DNA of 63,973 nt, filler included, from Choristocarpus tenellus KU-1152 (lineage: Eukaryota > Protista > Phaeophyceae), in NCBI GenBank assembly GCA_964200185.2. It is 9 parts of 9 records of this genome, joined end to end, with 100 filler letters (N's around TTAATTAATTAA, not from the genome) between each part and the next. Parts side by side here need not be neighbours in the genome. Positions count along the whole stretch, not along the records: positions 1 to 28,321 come from CAXNAD020000126.1; 8 more parts are not named here. One strand, given 5' to 3'. The notes beneath the pieces are model-generated. The model had not been told where the DNA came from and ran no database searches. It saw nothing but the letters and a program-made list of their open reading frames with translations. This document shows positions 1 through 14,800 of the stretch, one piece after another. Position numbers and translations under genes: made by a program. The first letter of the stretch is position 1. Every line of letters begins with the position of its first letter.

Positions 1-97
1 AATTGGCCCCAAAGGGACAGCCGCCACCCCTCCCAGATACTTTGAGCCAGGGTCAAAAACGGACACCGGCACCCCCTCCCCCCAGATACTTCGACCC
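1..97. mobile_element. Two right ends of MITE family B at the window start
   Basis: CAGATACTTTGAGCC ending at 48 and CAGATACTTCGACCC ending at 97, each preceded by a C-run, match family B termini. Confidence 0.75.
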
Positions 98-648
98 TAT
101 TATTGATAGCACTGAGAGATATCATTTAAAGCAATAATTTCCTTTGATTACACCTGGCGCCATGCACTGGGTAGGCAAGTATCCCTAGGGGATAATTTAT
201 GTGGTTTGGAATCAATAACCTCCGACAACAGATTGTCACTAATAGTCAACCATTGTTGGTCCCTCTGTTCGAACTCATGTTCGTAGTGCGTTGAGGTCTC
301 TCAAGATGATACATGGTCTTTCAGTCCTTTCTACTCTTCAACATCTACTACAGCTGATCCTCAGTAATCACACAATGTATCACTTGCTCTTATGAATGCT
401 TTTCCTTCACCTGTGCTCATCTTGCATGCAGTGCATAATCTCCACATCTGCCAGTGCGTTGAATAGCTTCTCCCTCTGACTTCGTATCCTGCGTTGTGTT
501 TCCCCACCAGCCTGGGATAGCTGTAGTATTCCTGTGACATGGACTAACCAGTATGAGGGATCAAGTTGTGGCAAAAACCTTTATCATCACTAAGTCAGTC
601 ACTAACCCTGTCCAAGTAACGTCACGTCAGACAGTAGCTCCGCATATG

Positions 649-2349
649 CTCCCTCTGTCCCATAAGTTTGGGCTGTTTAGTTGGAGCTCTTCGGGATGAC
701 ATCCGATTACAAAACGGACCTTTGCGTTAGATTCCTTGGAATTTTTTACCTAAAATGACTATGTCTCGCCTTTATTCAACACCATCAACCCACCAATCCA
801 GGGCTGCCACAGAGGCCACTTGGTCAACATTGACTGATCTAGCCAACCCACCCTCCTGCCACCTTTTCTTGGTCCTAGTGTGCCGTACCTCCAAACCATT
901 CCCCCCCAGAGCCCTTAACACCTGATTGTACCTCTTAAACAGTCTCTGCCACACCCTCTTGGGCCTGTCTGTGTTGTACATGTGGAAAATGCTTGAAACT
1001 CCCTCTACAAGTTCATCAACAGTGCCGTAATTCTCCGCCCAAACCCTGCTCTTCAGAAATGCAAAAACTCCAAAATCATTGACTTTGAGATGCGGGGACT
1101 GCGCTGGCAGTGTCATGAGTTTAATGCTTCATCCCTCCTCCATCCCTGCTGCGTCTAGATTCTGCACTGTGCCCTTGCCTGTATGCGAGATCATACCATC
1201 CTGCTGTATGGAGGTCTCCCCTGATTCCAGCCACAGTATTTTTTCCTTGATCGCTCGCAACAGCCCTTCTGTGTACCACTCCAGGTACCACTCGGTGTCA
1301 ACGATGACTTCAACCTCGTACTCCTCACTCTTTGTGTGCCACACTGTAGTCTGTTGCTCCTCCTTCGTGATACAAACCCGCCAGATCCTGATCTTGCCGT
1401 CGAAGTCAAGGGATCCGGGCGTGAAATGGTGGAGATGAACTTCACTCTGGGAATGTGACTCTTGTGCTGCACCTTTGTCGAGCCCACCTTTTCCTCCCCC
1501 GGGAACATGCACACCATCTCTCATTCACTGATGAGGTAGAAACACACCTCTTTGATGTGAATGGTGTTGAGGCCAGGTTTGCGGTTGTGGGAGATCTGGT
1601 CAAGGATGACGTCCACCCTGTTCTTCTTGTGAGAAAACGAAAGGCTAGGGGTGATGCATTGCTGAAACCTCGTTGCCTCCATGGCTTCGAGCCATTGATG
1701 AAGCTTTGAGCTGCTTAGTGCAAGGCCCGCTTCAGTGAGCTTGGCGGAGAGATGGGTGATAGTTGGCATGCGATTACTGGCATTGATTTCCCGGATCTTC
1801 ACTTATTTCGTTGGCATAAAGTCCAGTGGCCGTCCAGATCGTGCTTGTGATTTCAGGAAGATGGTATTCCCTCTTTCTAACTGTTCTTTGACACATCTCC
1901 ACACCTGTCTAAGGTGTCTCTCTCCCACTCCAAACTCTTTCGCCAATTTATACCCCACGCCCCTCGGGAGCCTCTTGTGACCTGGAGAAAGATTCAATGC
2001 GTAATGCTGTGCAAGTGCAGTCTGACCTTCCTCGGTCAGCTTGCAGCTCTTTCCCTCAGATGATAGGCTTCATGCCGGGATGATGAGCTGTGGGGGCTCG
2101 CCATCGGGGTTGTAAGTGTATAATGTGGCTCCATGCTGCAGCAGGAACGTTCAAAAATCATAAGAATATGACCCATTCTGTGTTCCATTCTTTCGGAACC
2201 ATTTCAGAACAGAATTCTCTGTAGAATTCTTTAAAATGTAGTTTTTTAATGTAAAGTATTGTAAGGAAACCAACGCAAAAGTCCGTTTGTAATTGAGGTC
2301 CTCCCGAAGAGCTACAGCTTATTGGCCCAGACCTATGGGACAGAGGGAG
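649..2349 (-). mobile_element. Decayed Tc1/mariner element of the plant-type (DD39D-like) group
   Basis: Long imperfect TIRs starting CTCCCTCTGTCCCATA (649) and ending TATGGGACAGAGGGAG (2349), followed by TA. Frameshifted transposase pieces: VQHKSHIPRVKF, FDGKIRIW, IQQDG..SH, LPAQSPHLKVNDFG. Confidence 0.9.
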
Positions 2350-2437
2350 TATAGCCACTTAACGGAAAGACCTATTCATAACTGATTTCCACCAAGATAA
2401 ACATTATCAGTGGTATCAAGCCTCTCTAAGATCAATT

Positions 2438-2604
2438 GGCTCAAAGTATCTGGCGGCTGTCTATTTGGGATCAATTTTTTCATGTCGCGATTTTTGGTTG
2501 ATTTGGTTGTTTACGTCCGATTGATAATGTAAATGCACCTTTACTGATTTTGGTCCAAATGGACACCCTGGTGTAGCACCCCCCCTGCACAGATACTTTG
2601 GGTC
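2438..2604 (+). mobile_element. MITE family B (~170-190 bp)
   Basis: TIR GGCTCAAAGTATCTG...CAGATACTTTGGGTC; flanks ATT/ATT. Confidence 0.85.
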
Positions 2605-2717
2605 ATTGCTGTAATAAAATTCCAGATGAATGCCACACGATTAGGAATATTTTTGGAATCCTTGGTGCATAAGCTGAACAACCGCAAAATTGCTTGCTTC
2701 TTGATTGGAAGATATAT

Positions 2718-2748
<31 letters not shown>

Positions 2749-2897
2749 CTCGGAGTACTTTGATGCGCTCTCATACAAGAATAGAGTCGCATGGGAAAGT
2801 TGAAAGCCTCTTTCTGAAAAGACATAGTGGTGTAACAATTTGGTACTACTGTACCCTATTACTGTTGTTGAACGTATGCTACCTTCTACATACATTT

Positions 2898-5800
2898 CTA
2901 TGTTCCAGTGAGTGATTTGTCTCTATCTCTACTCTTGCAGTGGTAGTGGTTCAAAACATTGTGTAGCTGCACACCTTCCAAATTTAGCACCCTTAGGATT
3001 TGAACATTATCAGAATAATGTATTTTCCGTCTCACCAGTTTCTTTCTAAACATAACCATAACCCTAGTGTGGGCAACCCTTACAGAAAATGTTTGGGAGT
3101 CCTGAATGGCACAGGGTATGATTGCAACATCCAGTGTGTGGCTAGGCACTAGTATCACCTACCTGTGAGGGGTGTATTGGTTAGGGGTTCATGTATGAAT
3201 AGAATGGTTTCAAAGCGATTTGTTAATGGGTAGTGGCAAGACACAGCTCTATTGCCATGTGTGGGCAATAGGTGAGATGTGCCTTTTCACACTTTTAGTT
3301 GAAGATGGTCATGGTTTTCACTTGCGATCGAGGTGTTTTGTGCTGCCAGAAATTTGGGATAGATGTGGTTGGAACCGGTGACAAGATGTTTAGGAGATGC
3401 GATCTTGACTCAAGATGTCAACAACAAGAATGTGGTGGTTCGCCTGCAATAGAGGTGAGACATAGTGGCACATTAATACGTTTCTCACACCTTGTGTATT
3501 GACTGCTACAGTAATGGGTTTCGCTTATTTTCCAATTCCAACTGTATATGCTAAAGTCAAACAACAACCGAACTATGACAAAATCCCTATCCAATGTACT
3601 CCGAGTATGAACTATTACAGTCCTATATAACTGTTCTATTCTTGACCCAGTCGCAATCCTTTATCTAGAACTGACAACAAAACTGTCCATACCCCCAAGG
3701 TAATGTCAGGTATCAGCATGGTGACTTGTCTCTTTCTTACCAGCCAGTGCTGCCAGTAGCTCTTCCCCTTTCCTTGAGCTTGGTAATTCTGTTGCAAAGC
3801 TGTCTGCAATCACCTGCAGGTAATATTGAGTGACCTTCCCGTTCGTTTGACTCCCTGTACCTGCCACACCAGCACCTGCCTTACTCCCAGACCCCACATT
3901 TATTCCCGTCCCTATCTCTGCTGAAGTAGCATCTGCTTTCATTCCGTGAGCTGCAAAGTTGTCTTGAAGATCATGGTTGCTGAGAAACGCTTTATCAACC
4001 GCAGTAATGTGAACCCCACTCTGAAGGAATAGTCTTCCCAAGATCTGCTCAGCGGAGGTAGGGGTGAAGGAGGAGCAATAATTATGCTCAGCAATACATA
4101 CTTGGAAGGTAGAACTCCAGTAGAAGTATAGACATACTCAATACCTCGTTTCTTCATTGCTCTTGTTTTGCTCACAAATCGACTTGAGGGAGGGCTAGGA
4201 CTGAAGACAGTGAAAACAGCAGTCTCCTCTAAGAGTATAGACACAGCATGTGCCCTGTGGTTGCTACCACTCGAGTCAGTGTGTTGGTGTGGAATGAATG
4301 CAAGGGAATCAGAGTGTAGTTTAGTCGAGAGAAAATTCTCCAGACAACTTGATATCAAAAGAGGTACTAATCGTGAATCTTGGTGGGGAAAGAGTTGGAA
4401 AGCACTCCACTGCAAAGGTTGACTGGTGCTGGGAGAACTGGCATTTGTGAGCCAAACACCAATCTAACCACTATTTCACATGCTGCAGCTAGTTCCTGCA
4501 CTCGGAAGGTTGACTTTGACAATCTCCTAGGGTGTGGTTGTCTTTCGCTACTTAGTGTATCAATTTGTGTATCTTTTCCTTCCCCAGCCTTCAGAAGCCT
4601 GTAGCATAGTGCCTTCTCCCAACAAAAAATTTCTGTAGGAATTTGTGCTGAGAACAAGAACCTGACAACATATATGTTAGGATATAGAGTGTTTAAGGAC
4701 TCTGACCTGCATGTCCTAACTTTTAACTAGATTTTTATTTTTGTCAAGGTAGCCTTGTATTGTGGTGCCATTCTTAGTTGAAATAGTCATAAGAGAAAGG
4801 CAAATCTTCTTGTGGTGTCATCTCTGACCATGAGAACAGACAAAGTCTTGCCATGAGAGGCACAATTATACAAGATAGAAAACTCGAACATGCGTGTGAC
4901 GCACCCCCCTCTCTGTGAAGCTCACCACATGACAAAATGGCAGTATTTTGGACTCCAGCTCCTTCCAGTCTTGACTTGTAAATGCTGGCCGAACAAATTG
5001 ATCTTCGCATTGTCCACTCTGCTCCACTTTCTCTCCTGCCACCTCTTCCCCTTTCTCACTTCCCTGTCCTCTCCCCTTGATCCCCATACCCGCTTCTACC
5101 TCTAAGCCAGTACCAGCTCTTGTCACTCTTCCATTCCTGGTTCTCTCTTCTGCCCCAATTCCCATATGTGTCCTATCCTCTGGTCCAGTATCACCTACCC
5201 CTTCCCAGGATTTTGCTCCTGTTCCTTGGTCAGGACATGCAACTTCTTCGTCACATGCCCAACCAAATGTTCCATGTTCTGTAGCAGACAATCCCGATTT
5301 CTCCTCCAGCGTCTCTTGTCCCCCACTACAAGAACTTGTGTTACCGTTCTTGAGGGTTGCCTCTATAGTGTCGAGGCGTGGAGGAGGTAGCTTGGTTGCG
5401 TCTACTTCCGTACACGACTTCCCCCCTGCTCCTGAGCCTCCATTTCTTTCCCTTCCTCCAACCCCCTCTACTAACACACTTTGTCCTTTTGTCCTTGTTC
5501 GGCTTTGTGTAGAGATTATGCGATTAAGAGCACGACTAAGCTCCAATATGGAGAGTCCTGTGTGAGATAGGCGCACCTGCAGTGCAGCAGTGAAATTCCA
5601 CAACATATTGTGGTACATAGGAAATTGTTGATTGTTGGGAGACAAAACAGGACTGGTCAGGTCTACACTCTATGTATGAGAAAGGAAAGAGGAAGGGGCT
5701 ACAAATAGATAGTAAGTAGAGTGTAGGGAAGACACTCTTCAATGGGTGATAATTCTGTTTCATGGATTATAGAGCTTGTTTTTGGTGGAGCAGTTTTCAT

Positions 5801-8800
5801 AGTGGTGGTATGGAGACCAGACGCCGTAAGAGCAAGAGATATGGAGGATCAAATTAGCATGCTATGCTCCAAAGCACATTGTTCACTAACCAATGAAAGT
5901 GCAGCTCTTGCTGTGCTTCCAACAAAGCCGCTAGACACCAGGTGCTGAAGTCGAAGTAGAATTATATCCAGGATCGACTCCTGTCTCATCTTCAAAGAGC
6001 AAGAGACAGTGGGGGGACGAGAGGAAAATGACTTTGATAATGCTACGTGATCCATTTCCACTCACGAGGTTGATGCGGAGGCCAACAAAAGTTGAAATGT
6101 AAACAATAAAGCTCCCCCAAATATCGAATATCAGAGGTGTTAATTGAACAATATAGGTCCACCACCAACTAAACCAACTAGAAATTCAGAAGAAGTGGGG
6201 AAATACGCCCCCTCCATTCCTTTACGATAGAAACAACTCCATCAAGCACTATTTTCTATCTGTCCTCATGGCCCCTGAAAAGAGTTCTGATCCTCACCAC
6301 ATTTCCTAAGAAAATTTGCAATGCTTCCACACATTTTCCTTCGTCTTCTTTGCTAAGGGCTGACCGGATGGCGGAGGTAGGAGACTGCCCACCACCTCGC
6401 CAGAAACTCCGAGCAGGTCTCCCTCCCTCCATCTTAGACTCCTCACTTTGTTCCAAGTTTTGTTGCTCTAACAGTTTGTTGCTCATACAGTGAAGCCCTG
6501 GGGGCAAATGAAAGCACTTCAGGAGACCCATGTGGCACATCGCATCCACTACTTCCACCAGGAACTTGAATCAACGAAATGAAAGAGGAGCAGAGGGCGA
6601 AGATCATAGTGGTGAACAGGTGAGGATCAGTTGCACATGGTCAGGTGGTTGTGTTTATGGATCTCCAGTGCCTGTGCCTTCTATTCCGTTAGCACAATGC
6701 CGTGGATAATAGGCAGGATACATATCAGCAAGGTCTAAGGAAGGGACCTGTCTGACTCTCCACAAATAGCCCTGAAACTGATGAAGTAATGCTTCCTCTC
6801 ACAGCCTTACAGCACACAATTGGAAGAAAGACTGCTGCTGCAGTCCCTCCTGGTCCTTTCAATCCCTACATGTGGAAGTTATATTAATTGGATTTGTGAA
6901 ACCCACCGTTGGACCAAACAAAACATTTCATAACTCAAGACAAGAAAAGCTTCTGTACTCCTCCTGGCATCTTTTTTTCACCATTGCCATTCAAATATTC
7001 TTAGATCATGAACAAAGACGTTACAGTAGAGTATTTTATGTGCTTCCATGAATAAGATTCCGTAGCTCACGTAGACAATATTATGGCCATCACAGGAGAC
7101 ATATAGTGTAAGTATGTGTAGGTCCAATTCAGTTGCACTCTCCTCCAGCATGGGCTCAGTGGGTGTTTTGAAGACACACACAAGTATTTACCCGCACGTT
7201 GGCACTCCTGTCCTTGAGTATGACTTCAGATTCAAGCCAATCCTGCAGACATCCACAACCATTCTTCCTCAGCAACTTGTCTATAACCTGAGAAAATTTA
7301 AATTGGTAGTGGGAATAAGGTGTGGAGATTTTGCGGAAGGGCTATGTATGAGAAGGAAAATTCTGATACTGTGGTTTTCAAGAGTCAAATTCCTTCTCCG
7401 TTATCATACATTAAAAACAATTGATTTCACCGCAAAGGCCTAGCTTCAGTGGTCAACAGTGCAAATCGTAGCAGTAAGTGCACAAGCTCAATGCTCAATT
7501 AGTCATTTCTCTTGCCGTAGGATTGGTTACTGCCTTGTGCCAACTCCACACAAAGGCATTCATCCTTCCTACCATTATCACTACATACGAAGAGAATCTC
7601 CAAAACGTTCCCAAGCTCCCCCTTCAAGAGAGTTCAGTCATCGACCTGACCCAGCAGTACAGCACACACCACAGTTGATTCCTTTCCCAAACTCATGATC
7701 TGCTACCTGTTTAAGAAAGTTCACCTCTGCTTTGATTTTTGCACCCAATATTGACTTCCGTCTCAGGGTTTGCCAGTCCCACTCATCAGAGGTACACACC
7801 TGACAGCATGGGCTATCCTGAGGGAAGTTTGTAACAACCTGTAGTTTTTCAGACATCGAAGTAAGCAAGAAGTCGCACAGAATCCTTGAGTATAAAGAAG
7901 AATATTTTGCGTGGTTTCATGTACTGCCATGAGCAATACAACAGTAAATGAATTCATGATAGTTGGATCAGTGATTAGCTCAACCACCTTTGCTCTCAAG
8001 CCCACCCCATGTCCATGTCCACATGCCAACTTGAGTAGGATATCATGCTTATAGTCGATGGGAGGGAAAATGCTGTTGAAGAGGTACCAGCAACTTTTAA
8101 CGAAGGAGGATATAGTTTACGGGGGGTTTTCCTTGTTCAGGGTGGTGTCAATACTTCGGAGCATGTTTACAGTGTGTGGAAGGAATTGCTTCCTACTTAA
8201 TGCATCAACTATCTGAGCTTGCTTCCACCTTACTCCCTTGCCTTGACGTGGGGTGGGAGTTCTGGGGGTAGCCAAGATAAAGGATTGGTGCCAACCTCTG
8301 GACTTGCCGTCTCAGCTTCCTTACCAAACTTTGACATGAGCTTGTCTGGGCTCTCGATGATTAAGATCTCATGGGATGGTGGTATTGACAACAAAGACAG
8401 GGGGGAAAGACAGTCAGAGCTGTGAGGTGTAGGACAAACCCTAGATGGCTCCTCAACAGAATATTCTGGACGAGAATTTCAAAATCTGTACACTATCCTG
8501 GGCATGTGTCCTCTGCTGAGTGTAGTACAAAAACATGGTTGTCATGAGAGGTTTCAATTCATTGCAAAGCAGAAACCTTAGAAAAAAAAACTTATATGAG
8601 AGTGTAGACAAAGGATAGAAGAGATTGTCTACGATTTTGTTACTCCAAACTGCAGCACTAAACCGAAAAATCGAAAAAAAGGAAACAATGTTGATAAAAT
8701 CATACGGTCAAGCAGTGTTGACACTGAAAAGGAACCATGTCATTCCAAACACTTCTGCAAGATCTTTTAAGCACCCCAATGAGTTATGGTGGCTTTCCAT

Positions 8801-11800
8801 GATAGGTGTCAGTCTCCTTTGAACCAATTCCCATCTCACCAGATCCCCGTAAGCCTCAAGGACTTCCAGCCACTGCCCCAAAGCTACTAAACCAGATGCC
8901 TGGCTATAGCTTTGTCCACGTCTATATGCACCACCTCCAGCCACTCCCTTCTCTGTCCAAATTCCCCCCATCACGGTCATATTCTCTTCCCCACCATTCT
9001 CCATCCCTCTACCCACTCCAAGTAGCTGAGGTGGGCTGTCAGTCATTCTACCCTCATCTTTTTCAAAGTGGTAGGTATTGCTAGAAGGAGTTGGTACATT
9101 TCCACGTGCTGCTGAAAATTGATCTACTGTTTTACTCTCTACATCTCCTGCAGATTTTGAGCAAGCTTGAGGTTGGAAGGTGTTAAGATCGCAAGAGTAA
9201 TCATGCTGATCGCCAGAGTCCTCCCTAATTGGTAGCAGCAGGCAGGTGATCATGTTAACCAGAGCATATATAAGATAAATTCATGGTCAAGGGGAGATAT
9301 ATAAATTGTGTTTATGTTAATGTGCCCATTCGACAAGAGATGGAGCATTCTCCTCATTTATTTTCTTGTACCTTCAACTGGATTTCGAACAAAATGCTGA
9401 GGAACAGCTAGCTTCTACTGTTTCAAATGTGATAGTTCCATATGAATGTGCTGTCTTTGAGACTGTCAAAATCATCAGACAGAAGCAAACTTGAAGAATA
9501 AGCAAACAATATGCACTGTGAACACACCATCTTGCAGTGCCCTTCTACATCTTGAGTTTATATACTCCAGGGTACTTAATATATAAATCATGAAGTGTGA
9601 TGCTATCGCCGTATCATTTACAAGGGCCATGCTGCACGTGAATCATAAGGATTGTGTAGGTAAAACAAAGTATCTTAGAGGGTAGAGTCGCGTCCGTTTG
9701 GGGGCCAAAATCCAATGTTGCGATTTTCATAAAATTTTGGCTATCGTGTTTGTTAGAAAGTGTTGATATCCTTGTTCCGGACACACCTTTTCAGAACATA
9801 CACATTTTACCTACTCCGAAAAATTTCAGAGTAGGAAAATGCCACAAAACCCCCGTGGGAAGTCAAGCTCCAAACGGACAAACAGGGCAAAACTCGTACC
9901 CTAACCCTAAGATAATTTCACTCAGATACTTTAAAGGATTTATAATCTCTTATTGTGATTTAAGCACAAGCAAGAGACAGCAGGTGTTGACTCTTTTTCA
10001 CGTCCAACCTTCCATCAATCTCTTCTTTGCACCCCCTTGAGGTTTCGTTGAATTATTATTCATAATTGACGTACCTTCCACGCCCCAACCTATCTGGTGA
10101 AGAAAATGGCATGTTAAACGTCCGAATAAGCTCCAAGACTATGAAGTTGACTATCTTGGCCTTGTCAAATTGATGGCAAGGGTCATCGCAGTCAATTCGC
10201 AGCACCTTCTCAGCATTGAATGATAAGAGGAAATGAAGAAAGGATGACAAGTGACCAATTACAGCTCATAATACGATGAACATCAGGTTTTTGCATTGAT
10301 AATATTGCATGAGTTGGAGGTGTGATCAAAACATATGTACAGCAAAAGATGAAATGAGAAATTAGTACTTCACACCCCTTAAATATGCTTATCCTTCAAT
10401 GCCTACTCTTGGGCATAAATGATCACAGTTATCTTTTCTATGTAAGACTATGCCTAGTAGCAGTAGGGAAAATAATTTTGTACTACCTCTCAGCCATACG
10501 TTTGTGCCGTGAAACATCTGGGCCCGCCGAGCTAGAACGGTGCCGAATCGGACGGCAACCCCCCCCACACACACAGAATGAAATCGGTTTGACAATCTCA
10601 GGGTTCAGAAAAGGTGGAGGTCGAGGATCCTCAGGTACAGACTCGAGGTACTTCAAGTCGTCAAAGTAGGGGTCTTTTGGGGTGATTTTGAGGCCACATC
10701 GAAGGTCAGAACGTCGGCATGGCAACCCCCCCGTCGACCCCTCGCATAGAAAGGGTGCCCAAGTGTCCCTGAATATCAGGGTTGTGCTAGCAGTGCAGCA
10801 CGCCCTCGCGATGGTCCCTGGTGAGCATAAACAGCCTCAACAAGTTGGGTTGGCCCTTGCAGCAGAGTTTGGAATGTCCGAGCGTTACATGCGAGGGCTC
10901 TGGGAGGACGTCGCCCATCAGCTTACCCGTGGTCACACGCTCAATCTAAGGGAGGTGGCAAATAGTGGGCGGCCTTCGAAGCTCACATCAACCAAGATGG
11001 TCGTAATACATAGTATCAACTCCGATAATCGGTCATCTACAGTGCATCAGGTGACAATGAAGATGGCCGCCAAGTGGCTGAACTATAACACGAGCACCAT
11101 AAACAGGTGTTTGGATGATATTAGGTCCGTGCCGAATTGCTGCTGGATCAAACCCAAGCTAAATCATGGGAAAGGGTATGGAGAATGGACTTTGTTTGCG
11201 ATCAAGTGGACAGAAAACGTGGTGTGCACGCCTCCATGGCAAATATGATCCATGTGGGTGAAACCTGGTTATATATGGCTGATGAGGAAAGGATTAGGAT
11301 ATTTCCGCATGAGGATGATAGGGACCTTTCAGGGTCCCCTACTGTGCAGCACAAGAGTAATATCCCCAAAACCATGATCACTGCAGCCAACGCTCACCCA
11401 GATGTAGCACACAGCTTTGGTGGAAAGCTTGGTGTTTGGTGTGTGTGCGCGCCAAAAACGGCAGAAAGGACAAGCAAGAACCATAAAATGGGGGATATTT
11501 ATGAGCAGGACTGTACTTTAGACAATTCGTGATACAGGAAGTGGTACACGGAGGAGTTACTTCCTGCAATCAAGACCAAGATGCCTTGGTTGCAGGGGAA
11601 GCATGTTGTCGTTCAGCAAGATGGTACCAGCCCCCACACGGGCAAGGGCAACTCAGAAATCTAGTCAGGGGCAGGGAAGACTGATGGGTGGTCGATTAGG
11701 CTTGTGACACAGCCATCTAACTTCCTTGACCCCAATATCGTGAACCTATGCTTTTTCAGGTCTTTGAGATGATGGGTGATGGGGAGTGGTTTGGATCCGT

Positions 11801-14800
11801 TGAGGAGATGGTGAAGGTCACTAAGAAACAGTATGTGGAGTATGATGAAACCACACTTGGAACGGTTTGGCAGCTCCTTCTTGTGGTGTACAATCAAGTA
11901 CTTAGATACAAAGGGGGGAATGATTTCAGCGTGGAGCACACAGGGGCAAGGAAGAGGCAGTTGTCTGGTGAGCTTGAAAACACGCCGATGGTAGACATGG
12001 AGGCTTTCTCTGCGTCTGATAAAATTGTGATGGATAGAGAGTAGAAATAATATGCAAAAAGCTGACCCTAACCATAACTTCGTCAAGGATTCCAAATCTT
12101 CTTTCAGAAATGAATTTCATCAAAATCTTCAAAAGACAACGCGGCACAGTCTTACGGCATGGAGGTAGTATACTAACATCAACATCGAGTGTGTACAGTT
12201 GTTGTATTGGTAGACTAATGTGCAAACCTCAGAAAGGGAAATACCTCATCGGTCACTACCAGACAACTCATCCCCTGAGCACATCAAGCACCCTAGTGGT
12301 TTTCCTGCCTGAGTGACGGTTCCTCTACTCCAGCAGGCTGGTGGAGACTGTAACAAGTGCAATAACGTCACTCACCAAGGTTTTTCGCTTGATTACAGAA
12401 TGCCGTGACCCTGACATGCTTCGCCCACACCAATTCTCCAGCACCTGTCGATTCCGCTGTAGAACACAACGGGATAGTGGACACCTACCATACTGGGGAA
12501 TGCTGTCCTCTGAATCACTAACTGTGACACCCTGATAGGCAGGGAAGATGTTTGACTTTGGTTCAGGCAGAAATGAAGCCCAAGGAGGGGAATATTCAGA
12601 CCATGAGGTTGCTATCTGAGGGGGAGGAGGAGGGAGGGATACTAAAAAATGCATAGAGACGAGATAGGAGCGTCTGTGCATGGGCAAGCCCCTGCAATAG
12701 CCCTGCCCTCTTCACCAACAGCTCTTGTAAGAAAGATCTCAAAGCAGTTCACAATAGACACACATTCAGAGAGAGAGAGAGGAATATATGCTGATTTATT
12801 ATAAGATGACCTCAACTGCCCAGTTGCAGTATCCATGAAATATTAACTTACCTGGCACCCTCCCGCATTCTCCCCTGCACAATACCATGTTAGAAAGCCC
12901 AGCAATGCTGTGGTGGTGCCTGTCCCTGGTTGCACAATAATTCCCATACCTACCGTAGAAGAGCTTTCTAAATATTCAACCAGAGTTTCTCTGAAGCTCT
13001 TTGGTCGCCAATCCTTTGACCTCCCTGATGAAGCAATTCTGTCTGCACCAACATTGACGTTATTCCCTGTTGGTCTCAATCCCTCAGTGTAATCCAACCA
13101 AGATCCACTGCCGGCCTCGGTCTTGGCACCCAGATCTAGATTTGCCTCGTAACTTCGCTGTTGAACCTTGTCCAGCTTTCCATCTTCTTCGTTGACCTTG
13201 TTTCCCCCTCGCCCAGTACCCCCCACCTCCATAGTTTCTGCTCTATCTTCTCCTCCTCCAGGCTCAGCGTAATGATTGAGGTCATCATGTTCAAACTCCT
13301 CATAGGATCCACCAGAATAAAAGGTAGAGTGTTCTTCAAGAGGGACATAGTGATGCCGCTGACCACTATCCTTGAGATAAGCATCCTGTGCCTCATGGTA
13401 TTGTCTTCCTTCGTAAACCTCATTTCCTTGTTTGTTCTGGGCCATGGCCTCAGTCTGTGCCAAATCGTGAATTATCTCCTTCATTTGCTCATTGGATTGA
13501 ATCGGCCTGTAATAAACTAGCTGCCCAAGGCCAGGAAAATAGATATCTGGGTCCAAGAGTGTCAGTCCCAGCTCTTGGCCGCGTAAAGACACTTCATCAA
13601 TACGACCCACGAGAGATGTGAGGGGATATAGCTCATGTATGATACGTGAAGTATCTGCGTGCAATGGGCAATTTGAGTGGGGTGTGATATGCAATTTCAA
13701 ACACCATTTTCCGGGTGGGGCAATAGGGGAGGGGAGAGGGGAATACTGGTGAAGAGGTGAGTCAATAATTTCGAGGGGTGCAACAGGGAAATGAGGGAAT
13801 CAGGTGGATGGGAAAGAGAGAGTATGTGTCTAGGTGGTGTGGAGGGGGAAATAAACAATATATCAAGTGGAGAAGAATCTGTCAGCAAAAAAAATAGCAT
13901 GAAGAAGTAAGGGAGAATATCAAATGAGCGTTGTTCCATGATTTCAGCAGACTAACATCAAGAGCCTCTGTATTAAAATGGAGACTATGTGTTACATTTG
14001 GGTTACAAAAAAAAATCATGAGTATGGCATACTCTGCACGTTGGAGTACTTTCCTTTTGTGGTCTACTAATATGTAACACACTTGCTTTGCACCGAGGTA
14101 AAGTAAATAGTATGGCGGGGGGCGGTCATGCCACCACTCAAACATACACTTGTGTGATATTGCTTAGGTGATGATCGACTTGTATTCCTTGCCTTCAAGC
14201 ATCATCCGCACAAGGGTACGACTGTCTTGATACCCACGTTGGAAACTGGAAGAGAAAGCAGCCACTTCCCTCTTAAGCCTCCCCATACGCCCCTTGCTCC
14301 CATTGATCACCTCAATAGACTTGGCAACAATGATATACAATTTTCGACACGGGGAAAGAGACAGTGGGAGGGGACCCACACATAGGAGGCCATTGTTTAC
14401 AAGTTTGATGAGAGATCGCACACAATCAGATGCTGCAACTGATTTGATGACCAAAATGGAGGGGGAGAGATAGGGTGGGACAAGGAGAAATGAGAGGGGA
14501 AAGGATTATTTTGTGTGAGAGCTTGAGCACTCCATCTCATTTATTGGACGGTATACGACAGATCCCGAACAGATGCTTTGATTTCAACGGCCTGAGTGTC
14601 CACATTGGCATCCACGCTCAAGGCTTGTACCTACCCATAGATATATCACTGTTCAAGAACTTGCAATGTGTCTATGGTAACTCCTAAGTATCTACACACT
14701 AATCATCTCACTGAATCATGAATGAAGAAACACCAATCCTTGGGAAAAGATACGATAAACAAGCTGTGTGTTGGTGAAACAAAGGACTAAGACCTATTTA

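Noticed and set aside
2713-2748. (CA)n/(TA)n microsatellites (also ~45064-45088)
   Set aside because: Ordinary simple repeats
9898-9911. Telomere-like CCCTAA/TTAGGG words (also ~46825, ~63000)
   Set aside because: Two or fewer units each; no array
9750-10040. Recurrent short ORFs such as ...GSQAPNGQTGQNSYPLRYF (also 17719, 27662, 30913, 50765, 51532)
   Set aside because: Chance translations of non-coding MITE A; frames are not conserved between copies
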